DNA from: the human T2T-CHM13v2.0 reference genome, Homo sapiens
Reading direction: 5' to 3' (one strand)
Length of the DNA: 64,000 nucleotides
NCBI RefSeq assembly: GCF_009914755.1
Contig: NC_060927.1
Part shown: positions 32,428 to 45,198 of the stretch, in pieces
Layout: each line of letters starts with the position of its first letter
How positions within the stretch are numbered: position 1 is the first letter of the stretch
Made by a program: the position numbers and the translations under genes
The notes under the pieces: model-generated
The model's database searches: none
What the model was told of the DNA's origin: nothing
What the model saw: the letters and a program-made list of their open reading frames with translations, nothing else

Positions 32428-34968
32428 CCGCCTGCCTTGGCCTCCCAAAGTGCCGAGATTGCAGCCTCTGCCCGGCCGCCACCCCGTCTGGGAAGTGAGG
32501 AGTGTCTGTGCCTGGCCGCCCATCGTCTGGGATGTGAGGAGCCCCTCTGCCTGGCTGCCCAGTCTGGAAAGTGAGGAGCGTCTCCGCCCGGCCGCCATCC
32601 CATCTAGGAAGTGAGGAGCGCCTCTTCCCAGCCGCCATCACATCTAGGAAGTGAGGAGCGTCTCTGCCTGGCCGCCCATCGTCTGAGATGTGGGGAGCGC
32701 CTCTGCCCCGCCGCCCCATCTGGGATGTGAGGAGCGCCTCTGCCCGGCCGAGACCCCGTCTGGGAGGTGAGGAGCATCTCTGCCCGGCCGCCCCGTCTGA
32801 GAAGTGAGGAGACCCTCTGCCTGGCAACCACTCCGTCTGAGAAGTGAGGAGCCCCTCCGCCCGGCAGCTGCCCCGTCTGAGAAGTGAGGAGCCTCTCCAC
32901 CCGGCAGCCACCCCATCTGGGAAGTGAGGAGCGTCTCCGCCCGGCAGCCACCCCGTCCGGGAGGGAGGTGGGGGGGGGTCAGCCCCCCGCCCGGCCAGCC
33001 GCCCCATCCGGGAGGGAGGTGGGGGGGTCAGCCCCCCGCCTGGCCAGCCGTGCCGTCCGGGAGGGAGGTGGGGGGGTCAGCCCCCCGCCCGGCCAGCCGC
33101 CCCATCCGGGAGGTGAGGGGCGCCTCTGCCCGGCCGCCCCTACTGGGAAGTGAGGAGCCCCTCAGCCCGGCCAGCCACCCCGTCCAGGAGGGAGATGGGG
33201 GGGTCAGCCCTCCCACCCGGCCAGCCGCCCCGTCTGGGAGGGAGGTGGGGGGGTTAGCCCCCCGCCTGGCCAGCCGCCCCGTCCGGGAGGGAGGTGGGGG
33301 GGTCAGCCCTCCGCCCGGCCAGCCGCCCCGTCTGGGAGGTGAGGGGCGCCTCTGCCCAGCCGCCCCTACTGGGAAGTGAGGAGCCCCTCTGCCCGGCCAG
33401 CCGCCCCGTCCGGGAGGGAGGTGGGGGGGTCGGCCCCCCGCCCGGCCAGCCGCCCCGTCCGGGAGGGAGGTGGGGGGGGGGTGTCAGCCCCCCTGCCCGG
33501 CCAGCCGCCCCGTCCGGGAGGTGAGGGGCGCCTCTGCCCGGCCGCCCCTACTGGGAAGAGAGGAGCCCCTCTGCCCGGCCAGCCGCCCCGTCCGGGAGGG
33601 AGGTGGGGGGGTCAGCCCCCCACCCGGCCAGCCGCCCCGTCTGGGAGGGAGGTGGGGGGGTCAGCCCCCCCGCCCGGCCAGCCGCCCCGTCCGGGAGGTG
33701 AGGGGCGCCTCTGCCCGGCCGCCCCTACTGGGAAGTGAGGAGCCCCTCTGCCCGGCCAGCCGCCCCGTCCGGGAGGGAGGTGGGGGGGTCAACCCCCCGC
33801 CCGGCCAGCCGCCCCGTCCGGGAGGGAGGTGGGGGGGGGTCAGCCCCCCCGCCCGGCCAGCCGCCCCGTCCGGGAGGTGAGGGGCGCCTCTGCCCGGCCA
33901 CCCCTACTGGGAAGTGAGGAGCCCCTCTGCCCGGCCAGCCGCCCCGTCCGGGAGGGAGGTGGGGGTGTCAGTCCCCCGCCCGGCCAGCCGCCCCGTCCGG
34001 GAGGGAGGTGGGGGGGGTCAGCCCCCCTGCCCGGCCAGCCGCCCCGTCTGGGAGGTGAGGGGCGCCTCTGCCCAGCCGCCCCTACTGGGAAGTGAGGAGC
34101 CCCTCTGCCCGGCCAGCCGCCCCGTCCGGGAGGGAGGTGGGGGTGTCAGTCCCCCGCCCGGCCAGCCGCCCCGTCCGGGAGGGAGGTGGGGGGGGTCAGC
34201 CCCCCTGCCCGGCCAGCCGCCCCGTCTGGGAGGTGAGGGGCGCCTCTGCCCAGCCGCCCCTACTGGGAAGTGAGGAGCCCCTCTGCCCGGCCAGCCGCCC
34301 CGTCTGGGAGGGAGGTTGGGGGGTCAGCCCCCCGCCCGGCCAGCCGCCCCGTCCGGGAGGTGAGGGGCGCCTCTGCCCGGCCCCCCCTACTGGGAAGTGA
34401 GGAGCCCCTCTGCCCGGCCACCACCCCGTCTGGGAGGTGAGCCCAACCGCTCATTGAGAACGGGCCAGGATGACAATGGCGGCTTTGTGGAATAGAAAGG
34501 CGGGAAAGGTGGGGAAAAGATTGAGAAATCGGATGGTTGCCGTGTCTGTGTAGAAAGAAGTAGACATGGGAGACTTTTCATTTTGTTCTGCACTAAGAAA
34601 AATTCCTCTGCCTTGGGATCCTGTTGATCTGTGACCTTACCCCCAACCCTGTGCTCTCTGAAACATGTGCTGTGTCCACTCAGGGTTAAATGGATTAAGG
34701 GCGGTGCAAGATGTGCTTTGTTAAACAGATGCTTGAAGGCAGCATGCTCGTTAAGAGTCATCACCAATCCCTAATCTCAAGTAATCAGGGACACAAACAC
34801 TGCGGAAGGCCGCAGGGTCCTCTGCCTAGGAAAACCAGAGACCTTTGTTCACTTGTTTATCTGCTGACCTTCCCTCCACTATTGTCCCATGACCCTGCCA
34901 AATCCCCCTCTGTGAGAAACACCCAAGAATTATCAATAAAAAAATAAATTAAAAAAAAAAAAAAAAAA
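32295..34968 (+). mobile_element. SVA_F1 (MAST2-SVA): MAST2 exon-1 piece, partial Alu-like region, ~2 kb VNTR, SINE-R, poly(A)
   Basis: No CCCTCT hexamer head. GC-rich leader joins ccgcctgccttggcctcccaaag at 32428; VNTR ~32470-34440; SINE-R from ~34440; AATAAA at 34935; A18 at 34951-34968. Confidence 0.97.
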
Positions 34969-35696
34969 GAAAATGAAAGCTGCAATAGAAACTCATAAAT
35001 GAAAAAATTATCTCCTGACCATTTTTGAGAGAGTGAGAGACATATTCTGCTCAGTGTAAAAGTGGTTATTAAAGTTATTTTGAAAAATTTCATTTAAAAA
35101 AAAAAAAATGTCATAGAAGGAGGAACTGGTTATTCTCAACTGCAGCGACAAGTTCTGTGCTAATGAGTAACTTTCTTCAAAATGGGGTGATTTCTTAGTA
35201 TAGCAGACTACACAGACATAATCAGATGTGACCTATCCCTTCAGCCATAGTTCATCCTTGTTAAGAATATGTTTATTCAACCTTGAGGAGGTTGGGATGA
35301 TGCCTAAGAGAAGAACCAACTTAGGCTTCTAGACGGACCTATCGGGAGACCTGTTCCAAGTACCAATAATGTCTCTTCTTCAAAGATGTGGGCATTGGTG
35401 ACCCACTATTAGAGATTTTATACAAGTTTTGGGGCTATCAGGGACCTTAGAGATCGTCTAGTCTGGATTCAAACATTAATCCAGGTATCCCATCCTCAAA
35501 GATTGCCAGGGAGCTGCATAAGCTTCCCAGGTGATGTCAATGCGCAGCTGGATTTGGAAGTGAATGCCTAAGTAAAAAGGATAATTTAGGCAATCACTTC
35601 AAGGTTCATCCTTGGAAAGTGGATTGTTTCTACTTTTTGGCTGTTATGAATAATGCTGCTATAAACATTTGTATATAAAAAAAAAAAAAAAAAAAA
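34969..35696 (+). other. SVA 3' transduction in two polyadenylated tiers
   Basis: TSD gaaattagatctc at 32282-32294 recurs only at 35697-35709, after A20. Internal ATTAAA (35068) plus A13 (35096-35108). Confidence 0.9.
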
Positions 35697-35736
35697 GAAA
35701 TTAGATCTCTCCGGTATCTAAATATGTACATATGTA

Positions 35737-35738
<2 letters not shown>

Positions 35739-35767
<29 letters not shown>

Positions 35768-36050
35768 GAGATAGAGTCTCGCTCTGTCACTCAGGCTGGA
35801 ATGCAGTTGTATGATCTCCGCTAACTGCAACCTCCACCTCCCGGGTTCAGGGATTCTCCTGCCTCACCCTCCCGAGTAGCTGGGACTACAGGCGCCTGCC
35901 ACCACGCCTGGCTAATTTCTTTTTTTTTTTTTAGTAGAGATGGAATTTCACCATATTGGCCAGGCTGGTCTTGAACTCCTGACGTTGTGATGTGCCCGCC
36001 TCGGCCTCCCAAAGTGCCTGGATTACAGGCGTAAGCTATTGCACCCAGCC
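35739..36050 (-). mobile_element. AluS
   Basis: Long poly(T), full dimer, expanded middle A tract. Confidence 0.9.
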
Positions 36051-37055
36051 ATGTGCAGGTCTTTTTAGGCAAAACAATGCCAGGCACTCAAAGAATGTTG
36101 GTCATTAAAAGGGTATTTCACTTTTAGAAAAATATATAACTACACACTTTATTCACTATAATCACTATTCACTTTATTTTAAATTGTGACATATTAAAAA
36201 AAGATTATCTATTAATTGCATACTTCCATTAATGTAATCCTTAATAAGATGCAAATTTTTAAATAATCCTTTATGTTTGAGGAAGAAAATGGTTAAAAAT
36301 CAAAAAAGGTTAACATTAGTTTTTTGAAACAGGTTAAAATCATCACTAGTAATTAGCTGATGAAAATTCATTGTTCTCTGGTTCACTAGTTTTATTTAAG
36401 TGTGTTGTCAAAATGCAGATGTTAACAGGAATCACCTACTGAAAAACATGCTAAAATTCAAGGTCAATAAAACTGAGTTAATTTTAAAAAATCATTTTAC
36501 CTACTAACATCTAGGATTTCTACCTCATTTCTCAACTGTAATAATACTAGAAGTACCATAAAATACTATAATTAAATACAAAATTGACTATAAAGTTGAA
36601 CCCCAACAATGAGAGGGAATGTCTTATCAAGTCATTACCAAAAAGTGACTGTTTAAATATAGAAAATATGATTTTATAAGTGTAGGAATGAGTTTTTTTC
36701 CTACCATCTTTTCAATATTCATTGAGCAGTTATTACATGGCAGGCATTGGGATAGATGCAGGTAGCTACAAAAATCAGTACAACTCTGATTTGATTATGC
36801 CCACAATCTGGGGGTACAGAAATGGAAAAATGTGTGTCATGGAGGGCAGGAGAAATGCAGAATACAATACACTGAATGGATACAGAAAACAGGAACAAGA
36901 TACTTCAGGAGGAAGCTTTGACTCCCACAACAGAAGTATTGGGTAATTAATGAACTATATTCCAAATCAACATATTTGCCAATGGAAAAGAAAGTTCATA
37001 AAAACTTGAAAAAATTTGTCCCATTTTATTTATTTATTGAGACAATTATTAATGC

Positions 37056-37347
37056 ATTTATTTATTGAGACGGAGTCTTGCTCTGTAGCCCAGGATGGAG
37101 TGCAGTGGTGCAATCTCAGCTCACTGCAACCTCTGCTCCCGGGTTCAAGTGATTCTCATGTCTCAGCCTCCTGAGTAGCTAGGATTATAGACATGTGCCA
37201 CCATGGCCGGCTAATTTTTGTATTTTTAGTAGAGACAGGGTTTTGCCATGTTGGCCAGGCTGGTCTCAAACTCCTGACCTCAGGTGATCCGCCTGCCTAG
37301 GCCTCCCAAAGTGCTGGGATTACAAGCATGACCCACCGCACCCGGCT
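37056..37347 (-). mobile_element. AluSx-like
   Basis: Full antisense dimer with cctcaggtgatcc. Confidence 0.9.
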
Positions 37348-37736
37348 GAGAAAATCTGTTTCAAAAAGTAGATAACAATTAAAATATTAATATGTTGCTT
37401 TAGCCGTTTTACTTCTAACAATTTATCAGAAATACAAAAGTTCATAAGGATATATAGATGATATTCACTGGATGAAAAAAATCCCCAAAAAACTATGAAT
37501 AACTTAATAGCCATCAAGATGGGACTTGGTAATACATTATCATTCATTTTATGGAATGCAATCATAAAAATGAATGAAATAGTTTCATTTGTATTAACAT
37601 AAAAATCTAAGACCTATTAGGTAAAAATGTAAGTCACAGAATACATATATGATGGGTCCATTTATTTAAAGAACAAATTAGGAGACATGTAAACATATCA
37701 GAAGGGGAACAGAGAAGAGTCACACTTAAATTCTGA

Positions 37737-38072
37737 CTCTGTAGCCCAGGCTGGAGTGCAATGGTGCAATCTCAGCTCACTGCAACCTCTGCTCCCGGGT
37801 TCAAGTGATTCTCATGCCTCAGCCTCCTGAGTAGCTGGGATTACAGACATGTGCCACCATACCCAGCTAATTTTTGTATTTTTAGTAGAGACAGGGTTTT
37901 GCCATGTTGGCCAGGCTGGTCTCAAATTCCCGACCTCAGGAGTACCTGAGATACCAGCTACTTTTTGTTTCAAAAAGTAGATAACAATTAAAATATTAAT
38001 ATGTTGCTTTAGCAGTTTTACTTCTAACAATTTATCAGAAATATGAAAGTTCATAAGGACATATAGCTGGTA
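37737..38072. repeat. Local duplicate of 37081-37284 (Alu part) and 37357-37460 (unique flank)
   Basis: Shared private Alu variants and a near-identical flank gtttcaaaaagtagataacaattaaaatattaatatgttgctttagc. Confidence 0.92.
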
Positions 38073-38933
38073 CTAGGAAACAATACACTTTTACAATGTT
38101 TAAACTGCATGAAAAAACACTATTTCTGAATCAAGTGTAAAAAAGGTTTTTTTTTCTTTTCTTTTAGTGGGTAAAGTCTAGTTATTCTGACTGCTTATCA
38201 TTATTACTGTTGATTCTGGTAGTGAAAAAAAACTTTTGAATTCCATTGAGATAGTAATGAACACAGAATTGTAACAATAGACAGATGGAAGTAATATAAA
38301 AACACTGTTGAATTTGAATATTTCTTGCTTTTTTGCTTTCACAGAAACACATTATTTTACATTTACTTTATATAAGTGAGGTATTTTATGGTGTTTTCTA
38401 AATTCTATTAAGAACATTCTAAAAAGAAAAGGTGACTGTGACAGACAGATTAAAATCCAATCCACAGGCAGTCCCCTTTGGCAAACCACTCTGATTAAGT
38501 GGCTCTATTTTATTTCAAGAATATATATCTCTTGCCCCTTTAGGAAATATGTGAATGTTTTCCAAAAGCAAGTAAAGAGTGCCACATCTTAAGCACTAGA
38601 AAGCCTATGAGCTTTATCTGGGATCTTTGCTTTCATAGGCTTGTGAAGAAAATCTGAACATGCAGACAGGCAGTCACTGTCACATATTGAAGTTTAACAG
38701 TGACTAGAGGAACTATAAAAGCCCAAAACTCTATATTCATTCTGCAGTCATACAAAGAGCAGAGGGTGAATAATTTAACTTCCAAAACAATTAGTCCAGT
38801 CCTTTACTTCAAATTCTTCAATAATCCTCCTTTTCCTATAGCAGTCATCAGACATGTACATAATACCTCTGCCTTTTTTTTTTTTTTACCACAACAGTGC
38901 ACACTATCTGTTTGCTATTTGCTGAATATTTTA

Positions 38934-39233
38934 TTTTTATTTTATTTTATTTTTGAGTCATAGTCTCACTCTGTTGCCCAGGCTGGGGTGCAGTGGCGTG
39001 ACCTCGCTCACTGGAGCTTCTACCTCCCAGGTTCAAGCAATCCTCACGCTCAGCCCCCTGAGTAGCTGGGACTACAGGTGTGTGCCACCATGCCCAGCTA
39101 ATTTGTGTATTTTTAGTAGAGATGTGGTTTTGCCATGTTGGCCAGGCTGATCTTGAACTCCTGGCCTCAAGTGATCCACCTGCATGGCCTCCAAAAGTGA
39201 TGGGATTACAGGCATGAGACACTGCACTCGGCC
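38934..39233 (-). mobile_element. AluJ
   Basis: TSD tgctgaatatttta (38920-38933 / 39235-39248). Confidence 0.9.
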
Positions 39234-39375
39234 ATGCTGAATATTTTAAAGCTTAAATACATTATTTGAAAAGAGAACAGTATCACTATCAATACGAAAA
39301 ATAACATATTAATTCCTATAAATTGAAGATAATAAAATACAAAAAAACAGTATTTTTTTAAAATTAACTAATTAA

Positions 39376-39660
39376 TTTAGAGACAGGGTCTTGCTCTGTT
39401 GCCCAGGCTGAAGTGCAGTGGCATAATCATAGCTTACTGCAGCCTTGAACTCCTGGGCTCAAGCAATCCTCTCGCCTTATCTTCCCCAGTAGCTAGGACA
39501 ACAGACACGTGCCACCACACCTGGCTAACTTTTAAATATTTTTTTGAGATGAGGTTTTGCTATGATTCCCAGGCTGATCTCGAACACCTGGGCTGAAGCG
39601 ATCCTGTCACCTCAGCCTCCTGAGTGGCTGAAATTACAGGCTCAAGCTACCAAACCTGGG
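39376..39660 (-). mobile_element. AluJ (Jo/Jr-like)
   Basis: cagccttgaactcctgggctcaagcaatcctc. Confidence 0.88.
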
Positions 39661-40852
39661 AAAATGTACAATAGTTTTATTAAATTGTAACTAGATACAG
39701 GCTGCCAGTGGCTCTGAGCCAAAGCAAAGTGTTTAAGCCATATTGGCACCAAGAGACTTTCTTGAGATTTTCTGGAATTGAAAAAGAACTAAAGAGGGAA
39801 TACACTTTCTCAATTTTCCCCAATACTGTATTGTGAAAATTTTCAAGTATACAGAGAAGTTGAAAAAAATTGAACAGTGAACACCTATATGCCCATCATC
39901 TAGATACTATCATCTGGCATTTGCTGTATTTCCTTTTTCAGACATCATCTTTCTATCCATTCCTCTATGGAGAAATCAAGGCTATTTAATTTAATATTGT
40001 TATTTAACTACCTAGAGGGAGTTCTCTCAAGAATCACCAGGTCCCAATCCACAATTTTGGAAAGACTATTGTAAAAGATAACAACATCATTTCCCAGGCC
40101 TTGGCCCATCCCAGAAGGCTTGCTACTGTATCTGGCCCATGGCTATCTTTCTTCCTTATCTCTAGTCCCTAACACATAAGTGCAAAACTAAACTAACTCT
40201 GCTTGCCATAAAATGCCATTCACAACCTGGCCCTAATTCACTTCTTTGGCCTCATGGTATGTCCATCAGGTAGCGTTTATTGAGCGCTTACTCTGTGCTA
40301 GGCCTTGTCCTAGGAATTTCACTTGCTTATCTCATAAAACCCTTAAAACAGTTCTATGAGGAAGGTCTTCCTTCCTATTATTCCCAATTTATAGGTGACC
40401 AAGTGATAGCAGTGTCTTATAACTGAACAACTCAACACACTGTCCAATTTTTGCAGTGGCCTCCACTCAGCCCATGTACATTTCTTCTAACACCTTTCAC
40501 AATTCTAAATCTGTAGTTTTGGCTGCTTGAATACATTTCCTACACTTCCTTCATCCAAACTTTACTCATCTGTTTAGACCTAACTCAAATGCCACCTCCT
40601 CCATGAGACATGCTCAAGTATTTTAAGAATTAAATAAATGAATCGATATTTGCAAGGTCAAAATGTACATTTGATAAACTAACTGAAATATTAGGTCTTC
40701 GTTTTCGTAAGTAAGTCTTAAGACAACCAAAATGAGACTATTTCTCACGTACAGTTGTCAGAAAAGAGTGACAAAACAAAAATCAACCAGATGTTAAATA
40801 ATCCTCAAGGGAGGTACACCACCATGTTTAGGCTAGGTACAGGCAAATTCAC

Positions 40853-41054
40853 ATTTTGTTGTCCTAGCAGTTATCTCTTTTCTGGTGTCTTGAGTTCTTC
40901 AGCTCAATCATCAATGGAAGGATATTCTACCACAATGACTATTTTCATAGATACAAATTTTCATCCCCTTTCTTATACTTTTTACTTCTGGTGGGGGTGG
41001 GGCGGCAATTATAGTTGGAGTTAATTTTAAAAGATGGTAAATATCTCAGAATGT
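40853..41054 (-). pseudogene. Pseudo-exon, CRD N-terminus
   Basis: Acceptor attatattacAG, donor GTgaat. Length 202 fits phase 1->2. PEVKSIRKGMKICIYENSHCGRISFH/IELKNS (cf. galectin-4 GLNVGMSVYIQG). Confidence 0.65.
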
Positions 41055-42253
41055 CTGTAATATAATTACTTTTGAAATAAGGGATCACTGATTTATACAG
41101 CCTTAAAGTTTGAATGGACTTTAAAGATAATATAATCTATGATGTAGTGGTACAAGGGAAGAGGGGGGCTGGGGAAGAACCTGATGTGTAGTGTTTGCCA
41201 ATTTCCATAGCCCAACCCCGTCAATGAAAGCATGAGTATTCTGAGGACCAGGATAACTGAAAGAGTTGTTGAAGGTAACAGAAAAATGTGTGAGCATCTG
41301 CATTAGAAGCCAGGTTAACTGACTCCATGTAATCTATTCATTGTCAACTCCCTAGAATCATCTAGGAATTGTGGAAAGATACTTTGCCAAGCCTCACACC
41401 AGAGTAATAAAAAAATAACTTCTGGTGATTAACTCCTCTCCAGAAATACAAATACAAATAAAAAACAAAAACTCTCTATGTGCTTCTAAAATATCTAAGT
41501 TCCAGAACTCCCATAATTCTTTTCCCCAATTTTATGTTGCCTAGTAAGAAAATCTCATCCCTTTATATTAACTTGGGGAATGAATAAAACATACATTAAT
41601 AAAAAGCATAAGTTATCATAATATTTTTAAAGGTTGTAAGTTTCAAGTATTTTCCTTGTGTGGCCATGAATTATGCCTATTGAAATATTTTCTAAAAATT
41701 TGGGCCTGCTTTTACAAAGACGAGACTGGTTTGTAATTAGTGCATTGATTTTATGTGAATGAGTGCTTTTGAGGTGCTTAATGAGCCAGTAATGATTAAT
41801 ACTTTTAACAGACTAAGAATACTTTTACTTCTATTAGTTTCTTTATTAAACCCTTTCTAATATGTAGAAAACAGGTAAGTTTCAGTTAGTAGCTCAAGTT
41901 ACCACAAATTCCTTGTCAAATTTACTAAACAATCCACATCCAATTTAGCTCTTCCTCCCTTCCCACTCTTCCTCCTTTCCGCCCTTCCCTCTCAAATATT
42001 TATTGAGCATCTAGCAAGTAGATTACTAAATCCAACCCAAGACACTCCCCTGCATCAGAGATAACATCTAATAAATTCCTCTAATTGTCATTCTGTGACT
42101 GAAATTGTATTCAGGACCGCATTTCTAAATTATAGTTCAATTAGTAGCTTTGTTTACAAGTCATGAATACCATTTTAATTTTGCAGATCTTGGTAACACA
42201 TATAAGAATCTTCTAGCCATTGCACTGCATTTTGAAACTGCATAATCTCGCAC

Positions 42254-42449
42254 GTTTTAAAGGAGCCTCTGGTATTATTTTCTTTTCAATGTAATCATAG
42301 ATGAAGGTCTAAAGTAGACCTTCCCATTCTCTTTCTGAACTCCTTTAAGTTCTTTAATTATAACCCTGAAATGCATCTCTTTTGCGTGCCCAACATCTTC
42401 AGCATATTTCTCTTCTTTACCCTGCAGCTGATTAGCAAGGACTACAACA
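42254..42449 (-). pseudogene. Pseudo-exon, CRD core
   Basis: Acceptor gatattcAG, donor GTgcga. VVVLANQLQGKEEKYAEDVGHAKEMHFRVIIKELKGVQKENGKVYFRP/IYDYIEKKIIPEAPLK. Length 196 fits phase 2->1 with one -1 shift. Confidence 0.7.
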
Positions 42450-42574
42450 CTGAATATCAAATATTATGATTTTTGAGTTATATGAGCATTTTCCTTTTCA
42501 CAGGAATAATATGAAGAAAATTACCTCAGTACATTCAGACTTCTTTTTTTTTTTATGAGTATTTTCTTTTAATT

Positions 42575-42936
42575 CTTATTGATAGTCTAAAACAAAACAC
42601 CATTAACTGGATAGTTTATAAACAACAGAAATTTATTTCTCACAGTTCTGGAGTCTGAAAGATCACAATCCAGGCACCAACAGATTTGATGTCTGGTGAG
42701 GGCCTGTTTCCTGGATTACAGGTGGTGCCACCTTCTTGCTGTGTCCTCACATGGCAGAAGGAATGAAGGAGCTCCCTTGGGCCTATTTCATAAGGACACT
42801 AATCACATTCATGAGAGCCCACCCTCATGAGCTAATCAACTGCTAAAGGCCCCACTTCCTAATATCATCACCTTGAGGGTTAGGATTTCAACTTACGAAT
42901 GGTGGGGAGAGGGGCACAAACATTCAGAACACAACA
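42575..42936 (-). mobile_element. MLT1A-like LTR
   Basis: ataaacaacagaaatttatttctcacagttctgga...gggttaggatttcaac...aaacattcaga. Confidence 0.85.
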
Positions 42937-42981
42937 AAATTATTTAGCATGAATATATATATGTATTGCCTTACTGGTTAC

Positions 42982-43317
42982 CAGGCTACAAATCAGGAAG
43001 TAAGAAAACAATCTTCCAATGCAGTTATTTTCAAGTAGTGGGAAACTCTTGATATTCCTTAATAGAGGGGCCACATCAAGGCTTTGGCTCCCAAGAAGGC
43101 AATGCCTCTTGAAAACTACTGTGTTCACTGGTCACATGTGTATCAGTTACAAATGTGACCATCCAGTTGAAACATAATTCTAGCTGTGTATGCCAGAAAT
43201 ATATCTAGATATAACCAGAATGCCACGATGTACTTGGGCAAACCCCCAAGGTTGTCGTTGTCGTGCATTTTGTGTGTGTGTATGTGTGTGCAAATGGCTT
43301 AAATATTCCATTACTGC
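42982..43317 (-). pseudogene. Pseudo-exon containing a (CA)n slippage tract
   Basis: Acceptor caatAG with phase-1 entry SSNGIFKPFA. After the CA tract: FWLYLDIFLAYTARIMFQLDGHICN*Y...IAFLGAKALMWPLY*GISRVSHYLKITA. Donor GTaacc gives phase 2, matching the next exon. Confidence 0.55.
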
Positions 43318-44005
43318 CTATTGTTCTTACATAAAACTTTTCAAGAAAATTAGAAGTTAATAGGCTGACTGATGACAGCCTTATATCAATATAAATTGCT
43401 TAAAATATTCTTAGGCCTAAGTGGATGTAAATTTTTATGTTCATTCCCAATGTTGGATAAGAAGTTGACAGAGCTGCACAAAAATTGCAAAAGAAACATT
43501 CTAAATCATGAGCTCTTTAAGTACAGGGACGAGGGACGACATCTTACCCATTTATATATCTCCAGGATTTGGAACAGTAGCTGGTATATAGAGTAATTGT
43601 TGAATAAATAATATGAAAAATTGGTTTGAGATCCAGGAACAGAGTAAAGGATAGGGTTGTGGTCGCACTGGTGGTTACAAGGCAATACTTTTTTACCTTT
43701 CAAACTAAGAAAAACATCAAATATATAAAAAAAAAATAGAGAGAAGGTGAAATAATTATACAGCCTACCCATGTATCCTCTACCTACCTTTAGTAGTATT
43801 TAACGATTTGCCATATTTGCTTTCTCCCTCTCTTCCTCTCTATATCTATCTCTATAGAGATATATGTAGCTATACATATATAGATAGATGGATAGTTGTT
43901 GAAGCATTTCATACTGAGTGGCCTACATCATGACACTTCACTCCCAAATGCATCTCCTAAAAATAGGAACATTGTCCTAATCACACTACAACATGTAAGA
44001 AAATG

Positions 44006-44318
<313 letters not shown>

Positions 44319-44473
44319 CTATTGTCATCTAATATGCAGCCTGCAGTGAAATATTCCCAGTTATCCCAAGAATGTTTTATAGACACACATACCCAAAGCA
44401 GTATCCATTCAAAGTTCACACATTGCATGTAGTTCTTGGGGTCTATTTCACATATTCAGTGTTTCAGATTTAC

Positions 44474-44831
44474 TTATTTCAAGTTTTCTATTTCTATATA
44501 TATTTTAGTCCATTTGTCCCTGAATTGTAGCAAGTATTTTCAAATCCATAACTTGAAACTGAGCTTTGTGGATTAAGGCAAAAAGGACATTGTAGATGCC
44601 TCTGGCCCATCCTCCTCACACTTTGAGTAAGTGAGGGTCTTCTGGTCCATCCTCCTGCACATCAGGCGTTATTTCACTCTTGACATACACTTGTGATGTG
44701 GGGCATAAATCACCATAAGCATCTTTCATGTTTGCCTAACCAACTCAGTTTAAATCCCATGACTAAAAAGGGAGCCTACTTTCCAGAATCAGATTGGAGG
44801 AAAAGAGGAGATTTTAAATTTCTTCCTGCTC
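44474..44831 (-). pseudogene. Pseudo-exon, CRD end plus next CRD N-half
   Basis: Acceptor catttttAG, donor GTaaat (phase 1). EQEEI*NLLFSSNL...YGDLCPTSQVYVKSEITPD (cf. galectin-1 LKPGECLRVRGEVAPD)...NVLFALIHKAQFQVMDLKILATIQGQ. Confidence 0.6.
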
Positions 44832-45019
44832 CTAAAAATGGAATGCTTGAAAGTGATATATACTGGCAATGTAAAATAGTTTTGATGGGGAGAGAATGCA
44901 GAAATTAACTTTCTAACTTAAACAATTTCAATTTTGTAATTCTCAATGTTAGCACAAACACTATAATCAAAATTCACTGTACTGTGCTCTAGGTACTGGG
45001 TGGAGGAAAAAAAAAACAC

Positions 45020-45198
45020 CGATGGGACAAAGATCTTCTTAGGGAATATGGCAGAGAAAGTGAAAAAGCATGAGGAATAAAGATTTTCAAATATGGGTAT
45101 CTGAAAGGGTAGGCCTTTCCATTTTGTTCTACTACCCAGTGTTTCAATCCCGGCAAGAACACCACAATATTCCAGGTCTTTACCTCCATCACCCTGCC
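45020..45198 (-). pseudogene. Pseudo-exon, stop-free
   Basis: Acceptor ccacatatccttAG. GRVMEVKTWNIVVFLPGLKHWVVEQNGKAYPFRYPYLKIFIPHAFSLSLPYSLRRSLSHR (ORF track 44989..45192). Visibly homologous to the 42254-42449 exon. Exit phase (2) does not match the next exon (0). Confidence 0.6.

Noticed and set aside
32192-34947. Many long overlapping GC-rich ORFs (up to 271 aa)
   Set aside because: Stop-poor translations of the SVA VNTR and SINE-R.
35620-36066. L1M scrap at 35620-35676 continuing after the Alu (gtgcaggtcttttt), which would make tier 2 native sequence
   Set aside because: The resemblance is weak and is outweighed by an exact 13-bp TSD immediately after A20.
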